The position numbers were made by a program, and so were the translations under genes. Of a stretch of 64,000 nt of DNA, positions 21,237-31,921 are shown in pieces. The notes beneath the pieces are model-generated. The model did no database searches, was not told the origin of the DNA, and saw nothing but the letters and a program-made list of their open reading frames with translations. Numbering within the stretch: the stretch's first letter is position 1; each line of letters begins with the position of its first letter. Source of the stretch: Tubiluchus corallicola (taxonomy: Eukaryota > Animalia > Priapulida); the NCBI GenBank assembly GCA_030141605.1, contig JAQGDQ010002388.1, positions 124,001-188,000 of the forward strand. The letters run 5' to 3'.

Positions 21237-21450
21237 AATTTTGGCCCTTTTTCTTAAGCTTATAAATTATTAAGGTGTGTAGTATAATATTTAAAAAAGG
21301 CTTACTCAATAAAAAGCCTTTGAGTGTAAAATTATCTTAGTGAAATGTGAAAAGTTTTTATCTTATTTTAATCTTTATATTTGTAAAATGATTTTTTATC
21401 ATTAATCTATAATTTTCGGTATTTTGGAAATTTTCAGGAGTTTAGATACT

Positions 21451-21936
21451 ATGGCTGGTAGTGTAAATAAAGTTATTCTTGTTGGTAATCTTGGTCGTGA
21501 TCCGGAAGTTCGTTATAGTCAGGATAACAATAAGATTGTTACTTTTTCGGTTGCGACTTCGGAAAGCTGGAACGATCGGGCTTCCGGTGAGCGCCGTGAG
21601 CGCACGGAATGGCATAGGATTGTGATTTTCAACACGCATTTAGCTGATATAGCGGAGCGTTATCTTCGAAAGGGAGTTAAGATTTATCTGGAGGGTCAGT
21701 TGCAGACTCGCAGTTATACGACCGCTGAAGGAACAGAGCGCACGATTACAGAGGTTGTTGTTCCACGTTTTCGGGGTGAGCTAACGATGCTTGACAGCCG
21801 CTCTTCCGGGGGGGGAGAATCTTTCGGGCAGGGTACTTCGCCATCGTCTTCTTCTGAATCATCCTCCTCTTCTCCTGACTGGAGTTCTCCTTCCGCTCCG
21901 GTTGGCAGTGATTTAGATGATGAGATTCCTTTTTAA
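21451..21936 (+). CDS. ssb: Single-stranded DNA-binding protein
   Basis: MAGSVNKVILVGNLGRDPE, C-terminal DLDDEIPF; AGGAG RBS; divergent from uvrA. Confidence 0.98.
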   Translation: MAGSVNKVILVGNLGRDPEVRYSQDNNKIVTFSVATSESWNDRASGERRERTEWHRIVIFNTHLADIAERYLRKGVKIYLEGQLQTRSYTTAEGTERTITEVVVPRFRGELTMLDSRSSGGGESFGQGTSPSSSSESSSSSPDWSSPSAPVGSDLDDEIPF

Positions 21937-21981
21937 GGGATAGTGTTATTTCGTTAAGGAACAAACGGATATTTTTTAGCC

Positions 21982-22497
21982 ATGGTGTATAGAAGCAAGC
22001 TTTCCTTGAGTGATTTTTTGGCTCGTCTTTCCGCTGTTAAGTTATTATCACTTGATGTTGATGGAACAATGACGGACGGCGGTCTTTATTATGATGAGAA
22101 TGGTCGGGAGATGCGGCGTTATCATGTTCATGATGGGATAGGTATTTTAGCTGTGAAAAAGCTGGGAATTCCTGTTATTTTTCTGACGGCTGGCACTGTT
22201 GGAGCCATGACAAGTCGTGGAGAGCGTCTTTCTGTTGATCGTATAGTGACCAATTCAAAATACAAGGGGGATGATTTACGTTCTATTTGCCAGGAATTTT
22301 CTATTTCTCCTGTTGATGTTCTTCATATGGGTGATGATGTCAATGATCTTCATGCGTTTGAGGTCTGTGGGCTTTCTGTTGCGCCTGCAAATGCGGTAGC
22401 GTCTGTTTTGGATAGTTGCCACTGGGTTACAGATAAGAGAGGGGGAGACGGAGCGGTCCGTGAGCTGTGTGATTTAATGACGGATGTACTGGGCTGA
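21982..22497 (+). CDS. kdsC: KDO-8-phosphate phosphatase (HAD IIIA)
   Basis: LDVDGTMTDGGL, HDGIGI, MGDDVND, GGDGAVRELCD. Confidence 0.9.
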   Translation: MVYRSKLSLSDFLARLSAVKLLSLDVDGTMTDGGLYYDENGREMRRYHVHDGIGILAVKKLGIPVIFLTAGTVGAMTSRGERLSVDRIVTNSKYKGDDLRSICQEFSISPVDVLHMGDDVNDLHAFEVCGLSVAPANAVASVLDSCHWVTDKRGGDGAVRELCDLMTDVLG

Positions 22498-22507
22498 TTT
22501 TCATATT

Positions 22508-23038
22508 TTATTCAATGAATTCTTCGGGGTAAACGCCCCAGATATCTGTGCGTTTCACCCATCCTTCATAGCTAAAGGCTTCGATATAGCACCATGAAGA
22601 GTCAGTAGGGCAGTGTTTAATCTCACCGATAACACCAGTACTTAAAGTCGCTACAATAAAGCTATTTTCGTCAGGTTCTTCAAATATTTTCCGACTGCCT
22701 TCTGTTGTGATGAAGTGGCGTTGATTTCCTAGTAATTTATAGAACATCCATCCCTCTTCATTTTCCCAATCCCGTACTTTTCGCCATTCGTTGTATTGAC
22801 CAATGACTTCTAGGGGCGAATTGGTTTCCACATAGATCCATTCAATAGGATAATGCATACCTGGTCCAGCTCGTAAATAGGCGGATTCTTTATTCATACT
22901 GACAAAGCGGGGTATCTCGTTTTTCAGAATGCTTGATTGTTCATCCTCAGAAGAAAAATCGACAGCCCATAAGGAAGAAAAAGACACGCTGCTTATGAGG
23001 CATACCGCTGTATATAAAAAGATGTATTTTTTTTTCAT
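22508..23038 (-). CDS. Secreted tandem bacterial SH3-domain protein
   Basis: Signal peptide; IPRFVSM...LRAGPG..YPIEW..PLEVI..WRKVRD..EGW; second SH3 ending GWVKRTDIWGVYP. Confidence 0.85.
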   Translation of the reverse strand: MKKKYIFLYTAVCLISSVSFSSLWAVDFSSEDEQSSILKNEIPRFVSMNKESAYLRAGPGMHYPIEWIYVETNSPLEVIGQYNEWRKVRDWENEEGWMFYKLLGNQRHFITTEGSRKIFEEPDENSFIVATLSTGVIGEIKHCPTDSSWCYIEAFSYEGWVKRTDIWGVYPEEFIE

Positions 23039-23448
23039 ATCTATTCTGTAAGATATTAAGCGCTATAAGTTTCAATAGGCTTTTAAGACCTATTGATTCT
23101 CTCATTCAACTTTCTTTCATTGAAGATTAAGAGATTAGGTTAAAAGCGTAATCATTAATATCTTAATGCTCCATAGCTTAACATTTTGTAAAAATATGTT
23201 CGATATTCACGTTTATAACAGCAAGAGCAGCATGATATAGTGTTAGTGATAAAGAAGACTGAAGCCATCATTTTGCTCTATAGATATAGATAAGAACAGA
23301 GAGGCTCTTTTCCAACTGTTTTTGCTATGGAAGCTGCTATAGCATGTATTTTTGGCCGAGATTGTTTACGATGTTTGTGTAATTAGCTAATAAGAGTGCT
23401 TTAAGCGAATGGGTTCGGAAATAAAAGAAAGTGTGTTTCATAGCTAGG

Positions 23449-23523
23449 TGGTGCCGCCGAGTAGAATTGAACTACCGACCCCACCCTTACCAAGGGTGTG
23501 CTCTACCCCTGAGCTACGGCGGC
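23449..23523 (-). tRNA. tRNA-Thr(GGT)
   Basis: GCCGCCGTAGCTCAGGGGTAGAGCACACCCTTGGTAAGGGTGGGGTCGGTAGTTCAATTCTACTCGGCGGCACCA: cloverleaf, anticodon GGT, encoded CCA. Confidence 0.98.
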
Positions 23524-23541
23524 ACGAACTATTTTTTAAAC

Positions 23542-23570
23542 TATATACCCAAATATTGTTTCAATAGCAA
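23542..23570 (-). promoter_or_regulatory. Candidate sigma70 promoter for tRNA-Thr
   Basis: TTGCTA-N17-TATATA on the minus strand just upstream of the tRNA. Confidence 0.45.
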
Positions 23571-23598
23571 CAAACTTTTCTGTCTCTTGCGCTTTATT

Positions 23599-24888
23599 TT
23601 ATATAAGGACAAAGCGGAGTGCGAAGATCAGAGCCATCACGACGATTGCGGGATTGAGTTCTTTCCACCGGCCTGTAAAAAGGCGCACGAGAGTCCATGT
23701 GATAAACCCAAGTCCGATTCCTGTTGCGATAGAGTATGTCAAGGGCATAGAGATTGCTGTAATAACGGCTGGAGCGGATATGGTAATATCTTTCCAGTCG
23801 ATTTCCGATAACCCTCGTGCCATCAGGCAAGCAACATAGATCAGCGCCGGAGCGGTTGCGTAGGCGGGAACCATGGAAGCGAGAGGGAAGAAAAAGAGGG
23901 CAAGAAGAAAGAAGAATGCGAGCAAGGCCGCTGTCAGCCCTGTTTTTCCGCCTGTTTCCGTTCCGGCTGCACTTTCAATATAGGAGGTTGTCGTAGAGAC
24001 GCCTAGGAAAGCTCCTGCAACGGTTGCGCTGCTGTCGGCCAGCAATGCTTTTTTAAGACGAGGGAGTTTTCCGTCTTTATCAAGCATTTTTGCTCTATGT
24101 GCGACTCCGACGAGGGTTCCGGCCGTATCGAAGAAATCAACGAACAGGAAGGTGATAATAATAATGACAATCCCGTGTGATAGAGCGCCCATAATATCCA
24201 ACTTAAAAAATGTAGGTTCTATAGAGGGCGGAAGAGCAACGATTCCTTCATAGGGCACGATTCCCCCTACTATACCTGCTAGTGTTACGGCAAGAATTGA
24301 TATAAGGATTGCGCCTGCGATACGAAAAGCACTGAGTGTGACAATCATGATAAATCCACCGCATGCGAGCAGGACAGTAGGATCTTGCATATTTCCCAAT
24401 GTTACCATAGTCGCTTCATGTTTAACGACGATATTTGCGTTAGACATTCCGATAATGGCCAGAAACAGTCCTATTCCTGCTGATATGGCGACTTTAAGAT
24501 CTTTCGGAATGCTGTTGATAAGCCATTCTCGAATAGGGAGTACACTGATGATGATAAAGAGGATTCCCGAGACAAATACGGCTCCCAGCCCGACTTCCCA
24601 AGTGAGTCCCATTCCTAGGACAACGCCGTATGTGAACCATGCGTTAAGGCCCATTCCCGGAGCGAGACCAAAAGGATAATTTGCGTACAGCCCCATAATC
24701 ATGCATCCGATTGCCGCAGCAATACATGTTGCGACAAACACGGCGCCGAAATCCATTCCTGTTTCTGATAAAATTGCAGGATTGACAAAAATGATATAGG
24801 ACATTGTCAAAAAGGTGGTTCCTGCTGCTAGAAACTCTTGTTGCAGCGTGCTTTCTTTTTCGTGAAGTTTAAAGATTTTCTCAAGCAT
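23599..24888 (-). CDS. NCS2/AzgA-family purine permease
   Basis: TTFLTMSYIIFVNP, LAPGMGLNA, DFFDTAGTL, TSYIESAAG; start at MLEKIFKL. Confidence 0.93.
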   Translation of the reverse strand: MLEKIFKLHEKESTLQQEFLAAGTTFLTMSYIIFVNPAILSETGMDFGAVFVATCIAAAIGCMIMGLYANYPFGLAPGMGLNAWFTYGVVLGMGLTWEVGLGAVFVSGILFIIISVLPIREWLINSIPKDLKVAISAGIGLFLAIIGMSNANIVVKHEATMVTLGNMQDPTVLLACGGFIMIVTLSAFRIAGAILISILAVTLAGIVGGIVPYEGIVALPPSIEPTFFKLDIMGALSHGIVIIIITFLFVDFFDTAGTLVGVAHRAKMLDKDGKLPRLKKALLADSSATVAGAFLGVSTTTSYIESAAGTETGGKTGLTAALLAFFFLLALFFFPLASMVPAYATAPALIYVACLMARGLSEIDWKDITISAPAVITAISMPLTYSIATGIGLGFITWTLVRLFTGRWKELNPAIVVMALIFALRFVLI

Positions 24889-25604
24889 TGTTCTCTCTTT
24901 TGGTTTTTTGCATATATAAAATCTCCTTTTGTTTTCTTTACGTATGATAAAAACCAAGAAAACAGTTAGGATAAAATTATTGACAAAACTCTAGCTTTTT
25001 TATAGAGAGGATACAAATCTTTTTTAAAATTTGAGTCTTTTTTCGGAAAAAATAATAGAGAATAACAAAGAGAAACAGAAGGCGTCCTCTCTTCCCTAAC
25101 ACGGGTTTATGCACCTCCCCTTCTCGCTTTTCTTAAATTGGAATAAAAGCGCCTATTAAAGAATATCCATCAGAATATTTCGCTTTTAAAAAGTATAGAG
25201 TGAAATATAAAGATGACAGCTTTCTTTTTACATAGTTAACAGTTGGTAGAGACGCAGGGACTGATTCGGATTATGCTAACAGAATTCTTAAAGTTGCAGG
25301 CTTGGCAATTCCATTGGAGTATCTTTCAAAGGAAGCGGCCAAAGAGTAATTAATCAGAATATTATGGAGAATATAGAAGTAATATTACTACAGTAGCGAC
25401 TTTATTATCCCCTGCTTTTTTCAACAAATAAACTTTTATGAAAATAAAATCTATTATTAACAGGGGTATTTTTATCCTTTCTGCTGTTATATTTCGGCAC
25501 AATCATTATTTCTTTGTACTAGTGAATTTTTTTCAGAAATAAATATGGTTTTTCTTGCCAGTCGGCGGTTTTTATATTAATGTGTTAGCACTTTATAATA
25601 GAAA

Positions 25605-25708
25605 ACACATGCGAAAATTAATATATTTTTCCCCTTAAGGGGTGGAAACATATTCCGGTGTTTTTTGCTTTTTCTTGCAAAAGACCAATTTCGCAGAGGA
25701 ATAACCGG
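25605..25708 (+). promoter_or_regulatory. rpsB (S2) autoregulatory leader RNA, t44-like
   Basis: ACACATGCG...CATATTCCGGTG...CGCAGAGGAATAACCGG parallels the t44 conserved blocks; immediately 5' of rpsB. Confidence 0.75.
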
Positions 25709-25729
25709 AAAAGAAAGGATGATTGATTC

Positions 25730-26650
25730 ATGCCGTTACCGAAATTTACTATTCGCCAGCTTCTTGAGGCTGGTGTTCATTTTGGTCATAATGTTTGCCG
25801 TTGGAGTCCCAAGATGGCTCCTTATATTTATGGCTCCCGCAATAATATTCATATTATTGATCTTCAGCAAACCGCGCCTTTGCTTTATAATGCCATGCAG
25901 ATGGTAGAAGAAAAGGTCGCCGAGGGAGGGCGTATTTTATTTGTTGGGACAAAACGTCAGGCAAGCCCTATTATTGCTGCTTCTGCGAAGAAGTGCGGCC
26001 AGTATTTTATTAACCATCGTTGGCTTGGTGGAATGTTGACGAACTGGAAGACCATTTCTTTATCTATTGGGCGGCTTGAAGAGTTGAACAGCACGTTAGA
26101 AAATGACACGCAAGGTTTGACGAAAAAGGAAATCCTTCAGTTGACGCGCAAGCGTGACAAGCTTGAAAGAACGCTTGGCGGCATTAAAGAGATGGGAGGT
26201 CTTCCTGATATTGTTTTTGTTATTGATACGAATAAAGAAGCGATAGCGGTTGCCGAGGCAAATTGTTTAAATATTCCTGTTATTGGAATTTTAGACACAA
26301 ACAGTATTCCCGATACAATTAATTACCCTATTCCCGGTAATGATGACGCGACCCGTGCTATTGAGCTTTACTGTAATCTCATTGCGGATTCCGCTCTTTC
26401 CGGTATTATGAGGGAGATGGATGATGCGGGCGCTTCCAGTGATCCGATTGTTGATCCTGCTCTTGTCGAGCCTGCCCTTGCAGAGCCTGATAATCAGGGT
26501 GTTTCATCTTCCGATGGAGAAGCGGCATTGCCGAAAGATACTCCTGAAGAGCCTTCTTTGACAGAAGAGCAGTCTTCTACTCAGCAGGAAGATTCTGCCT
26601 TAAAAGAAGAGATCAAAGAGCCTTCAGCAACAGAAGAGAAAAAAGACTAG
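25730..26650 (+). CDS. rpsB: 30S ribosomal protein S2 with acidic C-terminal extension
   Basis: [27 protein letters not shown]. Confidence 0.99.
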   Translation: MPLPKFTIRQLLEAGVHFGHNVCRWSPKMAPYIYGSRNNIHIIDLQQTAPLLYNAMQMVEEKVAEGGRILFVGTKRQASPIIAASAKKCGQYFINHRWLGGMLTNWKTISLSIGRLEELNSTLENDTQGLTKKEILQLTRKRDKLERTLGGIKEMGGLPDIVFVIDTNKEAIAVAEANCLNIPVIGILDTNSIPDTINYPIPGNDDATRAIELYCNLIADSALSGIMREMDDAGASSDPIVDPALVEPALAEPDNQGVSSSDGEAALPKDTPEEPSLTEEQSSTQQEDSALKEEIKEPSATEEKKD

Positions 26651-26712
26651 CTCTTTATTTTAAAAGCGGTTTTTTTCAGAAAGAGTTTAGAAAGTTTTAA
26701 GGAGAGTTACAA

Positions 26713-27612
26713 ATGGCACAAATTACGGCCTCTATGGTTAAGGCGTTACGTGACAAAACGAGTGCAGGTATGATGGATTGCAAGAAAGCGTTAACAGAGA
26801 CTGATGGCAATATTGAGGAGGCGATCAGCTGGCTTCGTAAGAAAGGTTTGGCCTCAGCGGCGAAGAAGGCAGGGCGGACAGCGGCGGACGGTCTTATCGC
26901 GGTTGTGTCTGATGGAAGTGCGGCTTCTATTATTGAAGTGAATAGCGAGACAGATTTTGTTGCGCGTAACGAGCAGTTTCAGTTATTTACGAAAACTGTT
27001 TGCCAGTTGACGCTTGAGACAAAAAAATCCATTGATGATTTAAAGGCTCATACTTATCCGGGCTCTAGTCATACAGTTGATGAAGAGCTTACCAATCTTA
27101 TTGCGACAATTGGGGAAAATATATCTTTACGCCGTAATGCGCATCTTGATGTTTCCGATGGTCTTATGGGCTCGTATGTTCACAATGCTGTCATGGCAGG
27201 GCTTGGAAAGATTGGTGTTCTTGTTTCTCTTGAAGGAAGCCATCCTGAGCAGGAAACAATTGCCAAGCAGATAGCGATGCATATTGCCGCCTCATCTCCT
27301 TTAGCGTTGGATGAGGCGTCTCTTGATTCGTCTCTTGTTCAGAAGGAGCGCGATATTTATCGTGAGAAGGCGCTGGCGTCTGGCAAGCCTGAAAATGTTG
27401 TTGAAAAGATGATCGAAGGTCAGATAAAGAAATTCCAAAAAGAAAACTGTCTTGTTGATCAGCTTTTTGTTATTGATACGAAAAAGACCGTTGGGCAAGC
27501 TGTTGCGGAATATGGATTAACGATTTCTGCCTTTATTCGTTATGAGCTTGGAGAAGGCATTGAGAAAAAAGAAGATGATTTTGCCGCTGAGGTTGCTAAG
27601 GCGGTTCAATAG
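26713..27612 (+). CDS. tsf: Elongation factor Ts
   Basis: GMMDCKKAL, EVNSETDFVA, IAMHIAA. Confidence 0.99.
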   Translation: MAQITASMVKALRDKTSAGMMDCKKALTETDGNIEEAISWLRKKGLASAAKKAGRTAADGLIAVVSDGSAASIIEVNSETDFVARNEQFQLFTKTVCQLTLETKKSIDDLKAHTYPGSSHTVDEELTNLIATIGENISLRRNAHLDVSDGLMGSYVHNAVMAGLGKIGVLVSLEGSHPEQETIAKQIAMHIAASSPLALDEASLDSSLVQKERDIYREKALASGKPENVVEKMIEGQIKKFQKENCLVDQLFVIDTKKTVGQAVAEYGLTISAFIRYELGEGIEKKEDDFAAEVAKAVQ

Positions 27613-27623
27613 TCATTTAATTT

Positions 27624-27660
27624 AGCCCCTCACTGTTTTTCGGTTGAGGGGTTTTTATTT
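27624..27660 (+). terminator. Intrinsic terminator after tsf
   Basis: AGCCCCTCA / TGAGGGGTT stem followed by a T-rich tract. Confidence 0.75.
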
Positions 27661-27762
27661 ATTTTTTCTCTATGTGTGCAGAATTCATCTTTACGGGCTA
27701 GCGTCTTTTCTATATCGTAGAAATGGATCGGAAAAGTTATTTTACAAATGAGGGACAAAACC

Positions 27763-28494
27763 ATGCATAATGGCCCTAGGTATAAAAGGATTCTTTTGAA
27801 ACTTTCTGGAGAGGCGTTAATGGGTGAGAGGGATTTTGGTCTTTGCCCAGAGACGTTAAGGAAGTTTGGATATGAGATCAAGGCGGCTCATGATTACGGT
27901 ATACAGATTTCTATAGTGATTGGTGCCGGTAATATTTTCCGTGGTGTTTCTGCGGAAGCTTTAGGAATAGAGCGGACAAACGCTGATTATATGGGGATGC
28001 TCGCAACGGTTATGAATGCTGTTGCGGTTCAGAATGTTTTGGAATCGCTAGGAATACAGACGCGTGTTCAATCTGCTATTCCGATGGATATGGTTTGCGA
28101 GCGTTATATTCGGCGTCGCGCTATTCGCCATATGGAGAAGAATCGTATTGTTATTTTTGCGGCTGGAACGGGCAATCCGTTTTTTACGACAGATACGGCT
28201 GCGGCGCTTCGTGCAATTGAGATGGGATGTGATTCGTTAATCAAAGGAACGAATGTTGATGGTGTTTATGATAAGGATCCGAAGAAGAACCCGGATGCTA
28301 TTTTTCATTCTCATTTAAGCTGGCAGTATGTTCTTGAGCGGAATTTATGTGTTATGGATGCTGCGGCGATTGTTTTAGCGCGTGATAATAACATTCCAAT
28401 TACAGTTTTCAATATTCATCGCAAAGGAGCTTTTCTGAAGATCTTTCAGAATGAAGGCACTTTTACAGTCATCGATAAGGGAGATGAGACATGA
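27763..28494 (+). CDS. pyrH: UMP kinase
   Basis: [27 protein letters not shown]; ORF open from 27748. Confidence 0.98.
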   Translation: MHNGPRYKRILLKLSGEALMGERDFGLCPETLRKFGYEIKAAHDYGIQISIVIGAGNIFRGVSAEALGIERTNADYMGMLATVMNAVAVQNVLESLGIQTRVQSAIPMDMVCERYIRRRAIRHMEKNRIVIFAAGTGNPFFTTDTAAALRAIEMGCDSLIKGTNVDGVYDKDPKKNPDAIFHSHLSWQYVLERNLCVMDAAAIVLARDNNIPITVFNIHRKGAFLKIFQNEGTFTVIDKGDET

Positions 28495-29060
28495 CCTTTA
28501 CAGATATTGATATGTTAAGCAAGGACACCAAGCGTCGGATGCAGGGAGCGTTAAATTCTTTACAGCAGGATCTTAATGGTTTAAGGACTGGTCGGGCCCA
28601 TGCGGGTCTTTTTGATCCGATTGTGGTTGATGCTTATGGATCTTCAATGCCGCTCAATCAGGTTGGGGCGGTTAACGTTTTGGACGCGCGGATGCTTTCT
28701 ATTCAAGTTTGGGATAAATCTCTTGTCACGAGTGTTGAGAAGGCGATCCGCAATTCGGCTTTAGGTTTAAACCCTATGGCGGAAGGACAAGTGGTTCGGA
28801 TTCCTGTTCCGCCTTTGACAGAGGAGCGTCGTGTTGAGCTTACCAAGGTTGCACGTAAGTATACGGAAGAGGCGCGCATAGCGATTCGTAATATTCGTCG
28901 TCATGCTATTGATAGTTTAAAAGCGGCTGAGAAGAACAGCCATATATCGCAGGATGAGCTTCACACACATTCTGATACTATTCAAGATCTGACGGATCAA
29001 TTTATCAAGGAGCTCGATCTTCTTTTAGCTTCAAAAGAGGAAGAAATCATGCATGTATAG
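28491..29060 (+). CDS. frr: Ribosome recycling factor
   Basis: [20 protein letters not shown]. Confidence 0.98.
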   Translation: MTFTDIDMLSKDTKRRMQGALNSLQQDLNGLRTGRAHAGLFDPIVVDAYGSSMPLNQVGAVNVLDARMLSIQVWDKSLVTSVEKAIRNSALGLNPMAEGQVVRIPVPPLTEERRVELTKVARKYTEEARIAIRNIRRHAIDSLKAAEKNSHISQDELHTHSDTIQDLTDQFIKELDLLLASKEEEIMHV

Positions 29061-29088
29061 GGCATGAATCTGTATATAAGGATTTATA

Positions 29089-29805
29089 TTGACTTCTTTT
29101 TCTCATACATCATTATCTCATGTTGCTATTATTATGGATGGAAACAGGCGGTGGGCTAGGAAAAGGAATTATCTTCCTTCTCATGGGCATAAGAGAGGAA
29201 TTGATGCAGCGCGTAGAGCGATTAAGGCAGCATTATCTCATTCGATTCCTTATCTAACGCTTTTTGGTTTTTCCGCGGAGAATTGGACTCGTCCTCCTGA
29301 TGAAATCAGTGATCTGATTTCTTTGGTTCATCATCATCTGTCTCATGAGCTTCCTTGGTTTCACGAACATGAGATTTGTGTTTCTATCATGGGGGAACAG
29401 GAGCGTTTTTCTGAAAAGACTATTCGTCTTATCAGGCAGGTTCAGGAACAGACCGCGCGTTATAAACGAATGACCTTGACCATTGCGTTAAGTTACAGTG
29501 GTCGCAATGAAATCATAAAAGCGATCAGGCAGATTGCTGAATCGATTTCTCGTCAGGAGATTTCTTTTGAGGATATTTCTGAATCACTGATATCACGTTA
29601 CCTTTATACCAGTGAGATTCCTGATCCTGATTTTATTTTGCGAACAAGTGGTGAGAAGCGCCTCAGTAATTTTCTTCTTTGGCAGTCGGCTTATACAGAG
29701 CTTATTTTTCAGGATGTTCTCTGGCCTGATTTTACAGAACAGCATTTTCATGAGGCTATTGTTGATTATATGAAAAGGGAAAGACGCTATGGTGGAAACA
29801 CGTAA
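29089..29805 (+). CDS. uppS: Undecaprenyl diphosphate synthase
   Basis: HVAIIMDGNRRWA, FSAENW, RTSGEKRLSNFLLWQ. Confidence 0.97.
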   Translation: MTSFSHTSLSHVAIIMDGNRRWARKRNYLPSHGHKRGIDAARRAIKAALSHSIPYLTLFGFSAENWTRPPDEISDLISLVHHHLSHELPWFHEHEICVSIMGEQERFSEKTIRLIRQVQEQTARYKRMTLTIALSYSGRNEIIKAIRQIAESISRQEISFEDISESLISRYLYTSEIPDPDFILRTSGEKRLSNFLLWQSAYTELIFQDVLWPDFTEQHFHEAIVDYMKRERRYGGNT

Positions 29806-30616
29806 TCATTCATGGGAGGCACTTCGTTCTCGTTTTTTGTCTGCCTTTATTCTTGCGCCTATTGTTATTGGGATGATTTTTGTTCCTGTTCTTTTTTATT
29901 TATTGATAGCGGCTATTGTTGTTTTTCTTGTTTTTGAATGGAATATGATTTGCGGTCAGAAAAAAAAGGCTTCTATCGGGAATAGTGTTGAGATTCTCTT
30001 ATTATTTCTATGTATTGCCTTGTCTGTAGCTACAGCAAGCTTTATATGGGGATTATTTGGAATTTGTTTTTTTTCTTTTATTTTTTTTCTTGTGCTGCGT
30101 TCTTGTTTTCCCTCTTCTCCTATGAGGGATCTTTTATGGTTGATTACTGGTTTTGTTTATTTTTCCTTGTTTGTCACCGCTATTGGTTTTCTATATCAAT
30201 TTCCCGATGGTATTTCTATTGTTTTCTGGATTCTTCTAACTGTTTGGGCGACAGATATCGGGGCATATTTTGTTGGAATAAGGGTTGGGGGCCCTAAGCT
30301 GGCTCCTAGAATCAGCCCAAAGAAAACTTGGTCTGGATTATTGGGAGGAATTGTTTCTGCGGCGATTGTCAGTGTTTGTTTTTCATTTTTCAGTGAACTG
30401 CCTTTGTATTTTCTTTTTATTGCTGGTGTATTTTCGGCGATTATTTCCCAAGGGGGTGATTTAATGGAATCTGCTTTTAAGCGTCGTTTTCAAGTTAAGG
30501 ATTCAGGAACGCTTATTCCGGGGCATGGTGGTCTGCTTGATCGTGTTGATGGTTTACTGGCTGTCGTTCCTATTGTTGCTTTACTTCTGCCTCTTTTCCG
30601 GGATTGTTTTTTATGA
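29789..30616 (+). CDS. cdsA: Phosphatidate cytidylyltransferase
   Basis: WATDIGAYF, ISPKKTW, KDSGTLIPGHGGLLDRVD. Confidence 0.97.
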   Translation: MVETRNHSWEALRSRFLSAFILAPIVIGMIFVPVLFYLLIAAIVVFLVFEWNMICGQKKKASIGNSVEILLLFLCIALSVATASFIWGLFGICFFSFIFFLVLRSCFPSSPMRDLLWLITGFVYFSLFVTAIGFLYQFPDGISIVFWILLTVWATDIGAYFVGIRVGGPKLAPRISPKKTWSGLLGGIVSAAIVSVCFSFFSELPLYFLFIAGVFSAIISQGGDLMESAFKRRFQVKDSGTLIPGHGGLLDRVDGLLAVVPIVALLLPLFRDCFL

Positions 30617-31839
30617 AGCCGGCGCCTCTTTTTTCTTCTGTTCATGGGCTTAAGGAGGCGGCACGTGCGACCTTTTCCGTTTTTCCTCAATCGGTCACGA
30701 TTTTAGGATCTACGGGATCTATTGGTCAGAGCGCTCTTGATATTATCCGGCAGCACAAAAAGCAATTTCACGTTGAGGCGTTAACAGCGAACAATAATCT
30801 TTCTCTTCTTATTGAGCAAGCGCGGTATTTTCGCCCGTCTTATGTTGCGATTGCCAATGAGGCGCTTTATCCGGATTTAAAAGAGGCTTTAAAAGGGAGC
30901 AACATTCAATTGGGTGCCGGTGAATCCGCTGTTATAGAGGCGGCTTGTCGTCCTGCGGATCGTTTTGTATCGGCTATTGTTGGTATTGCTGGCTTAAAAC
31001 CGACGTGGGCCGCTTTAGAGAATGGAACGCTTTTAGCGCTCGCAAATAAGGAAAGCTTGGTATGTGCCGGAGAGCTTATGGTATCTCATATTCAGAAGTA
31101 TGGAGCGACTCTTCTTCCTGTTGATTCAGAGCATAGTGCGATTTTTCAAACAATCGAGCCTCAGAATACACATTTGATACAATCGATTATTCTTACGGCT
31201 TCCGGAGGTCCTTTTCGGACCTTATCTCGTCAAGAAATGCGATTCGTTACACCTCAGCAAGCGCTGGCGCACCCGAATTGGTCAATGGGGTCGAAAATTT
31301 CAATTGATTCAGCTTCTATGATGAATAAAGGGTTAGAATTTATAGAGGCTTTTTATTTATTTCCCGTTGAGGTGTCACAGATTGAAATTGTCATTCATCC
31401 TCAATCAATTCTTCATGGTGCTGTGACATATACGGAAGGAACTATGCTGGCGCATATGGGGTGGCCGGATATGAGGGCTCCTATTTCCTGGGCACTTTCA
31501 TGGCCCAGCCGCATTCCTCTTGCAGTGAGGAATTTTCGCCTGACAGATATGAGTGATCTTACTTTTTTTGCGCCTGATATGGATCGTTTTCCCATGTTGT
31601 CTCTTGCCCAGGAGGCTTTGCGTACTGGCGGAAATATCCCTCTTGTGATGAACGCGGCGAATGAAGTCGCCGTTGAAAGTTTTCTCGCAAAGAAAATCTG
31701 TTTTACGGATATGGCGTCAGTTATTGCTCATACGATGGAGACTGTAGAGATTTCTCCTGTAGAATCGCTTGACCATATTTTTTATGAAGATGCGTGTGCC
31801 CGAAAAGTTGCAACTGCTTTTATAAAACGTTTACTATAG
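30613..31839 (+). CDS. dxr: 1-deoxy-D-xylulose 5-phosphate reductoisomerase
   Basis: ILGSTGSIG, LANKESL, PVDSEH, HPNWSMG; ATGA overlap with cdsA. Confidence 0.98.
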   Translation: MKPAPLFSSVHGLKEAARATFSVFPQSVTILGSTGSIGQSALDIIRQHKKQFHVEALTANNNLSLLIEQARYFRPSYVAIANEALYPDLKEALKGSNIQLGAGESAVIEAACRPADRFVSAIVGIAGLKPTWAALENGTLLALANKESLVCAGELMVSHIQKYGATLLPVDSEHSAIFQTIEPQNTHLIQSIILTASGGPFRTLSRQEMRFVTPQQALAHPNWSMGSKISIDSASMMNKGLEFIEAFYLFPVEVSQIEIVIHPQSILHGAVTYTEGTMLAHMGWPDMRAPISWALSWPSRIPLAVRNFRLTDMSDLTFFAPDMDRFPMLSLAQEALRTGGNIPLVMNAANEVAVESFLAKKICFTDMASVIAHTMETVEISPVESLDHIFYEDACARKVATAFIKRLL

Positions 31840-31921
31840 GAATTTTATATTCTATAGTCTGTAAAAATCTATTTTTAAACTATTTCACTCTTCCGTTTGA
31901 AACACTGGAGAAATTTTCGTT

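Noticed and set aside
21808-21815. G8 tract in ssb (and C8 at 46797-46804 in tadA) as phase-variation switches
   Set aside because: Both encode Gly runs in essential genes that are in frame
23431-23811. 126-aa + strand ORF
   Set aside because: Antisense shadow of tRNA-Thr and the permease 3' end
24889-25150. Purine or xanthine riboswitch upstream of the NCS2 permease
   Set aside because: Could not find the conserved purine-aptamer blocks by eye; needs an Infernal search
26420-26650. Long acidic tail on RpsB (also the long GrpE N-terminus)
   Set aside because: Variable low-complexity extensions are common in alphaproteobacterial S2 and GrpE
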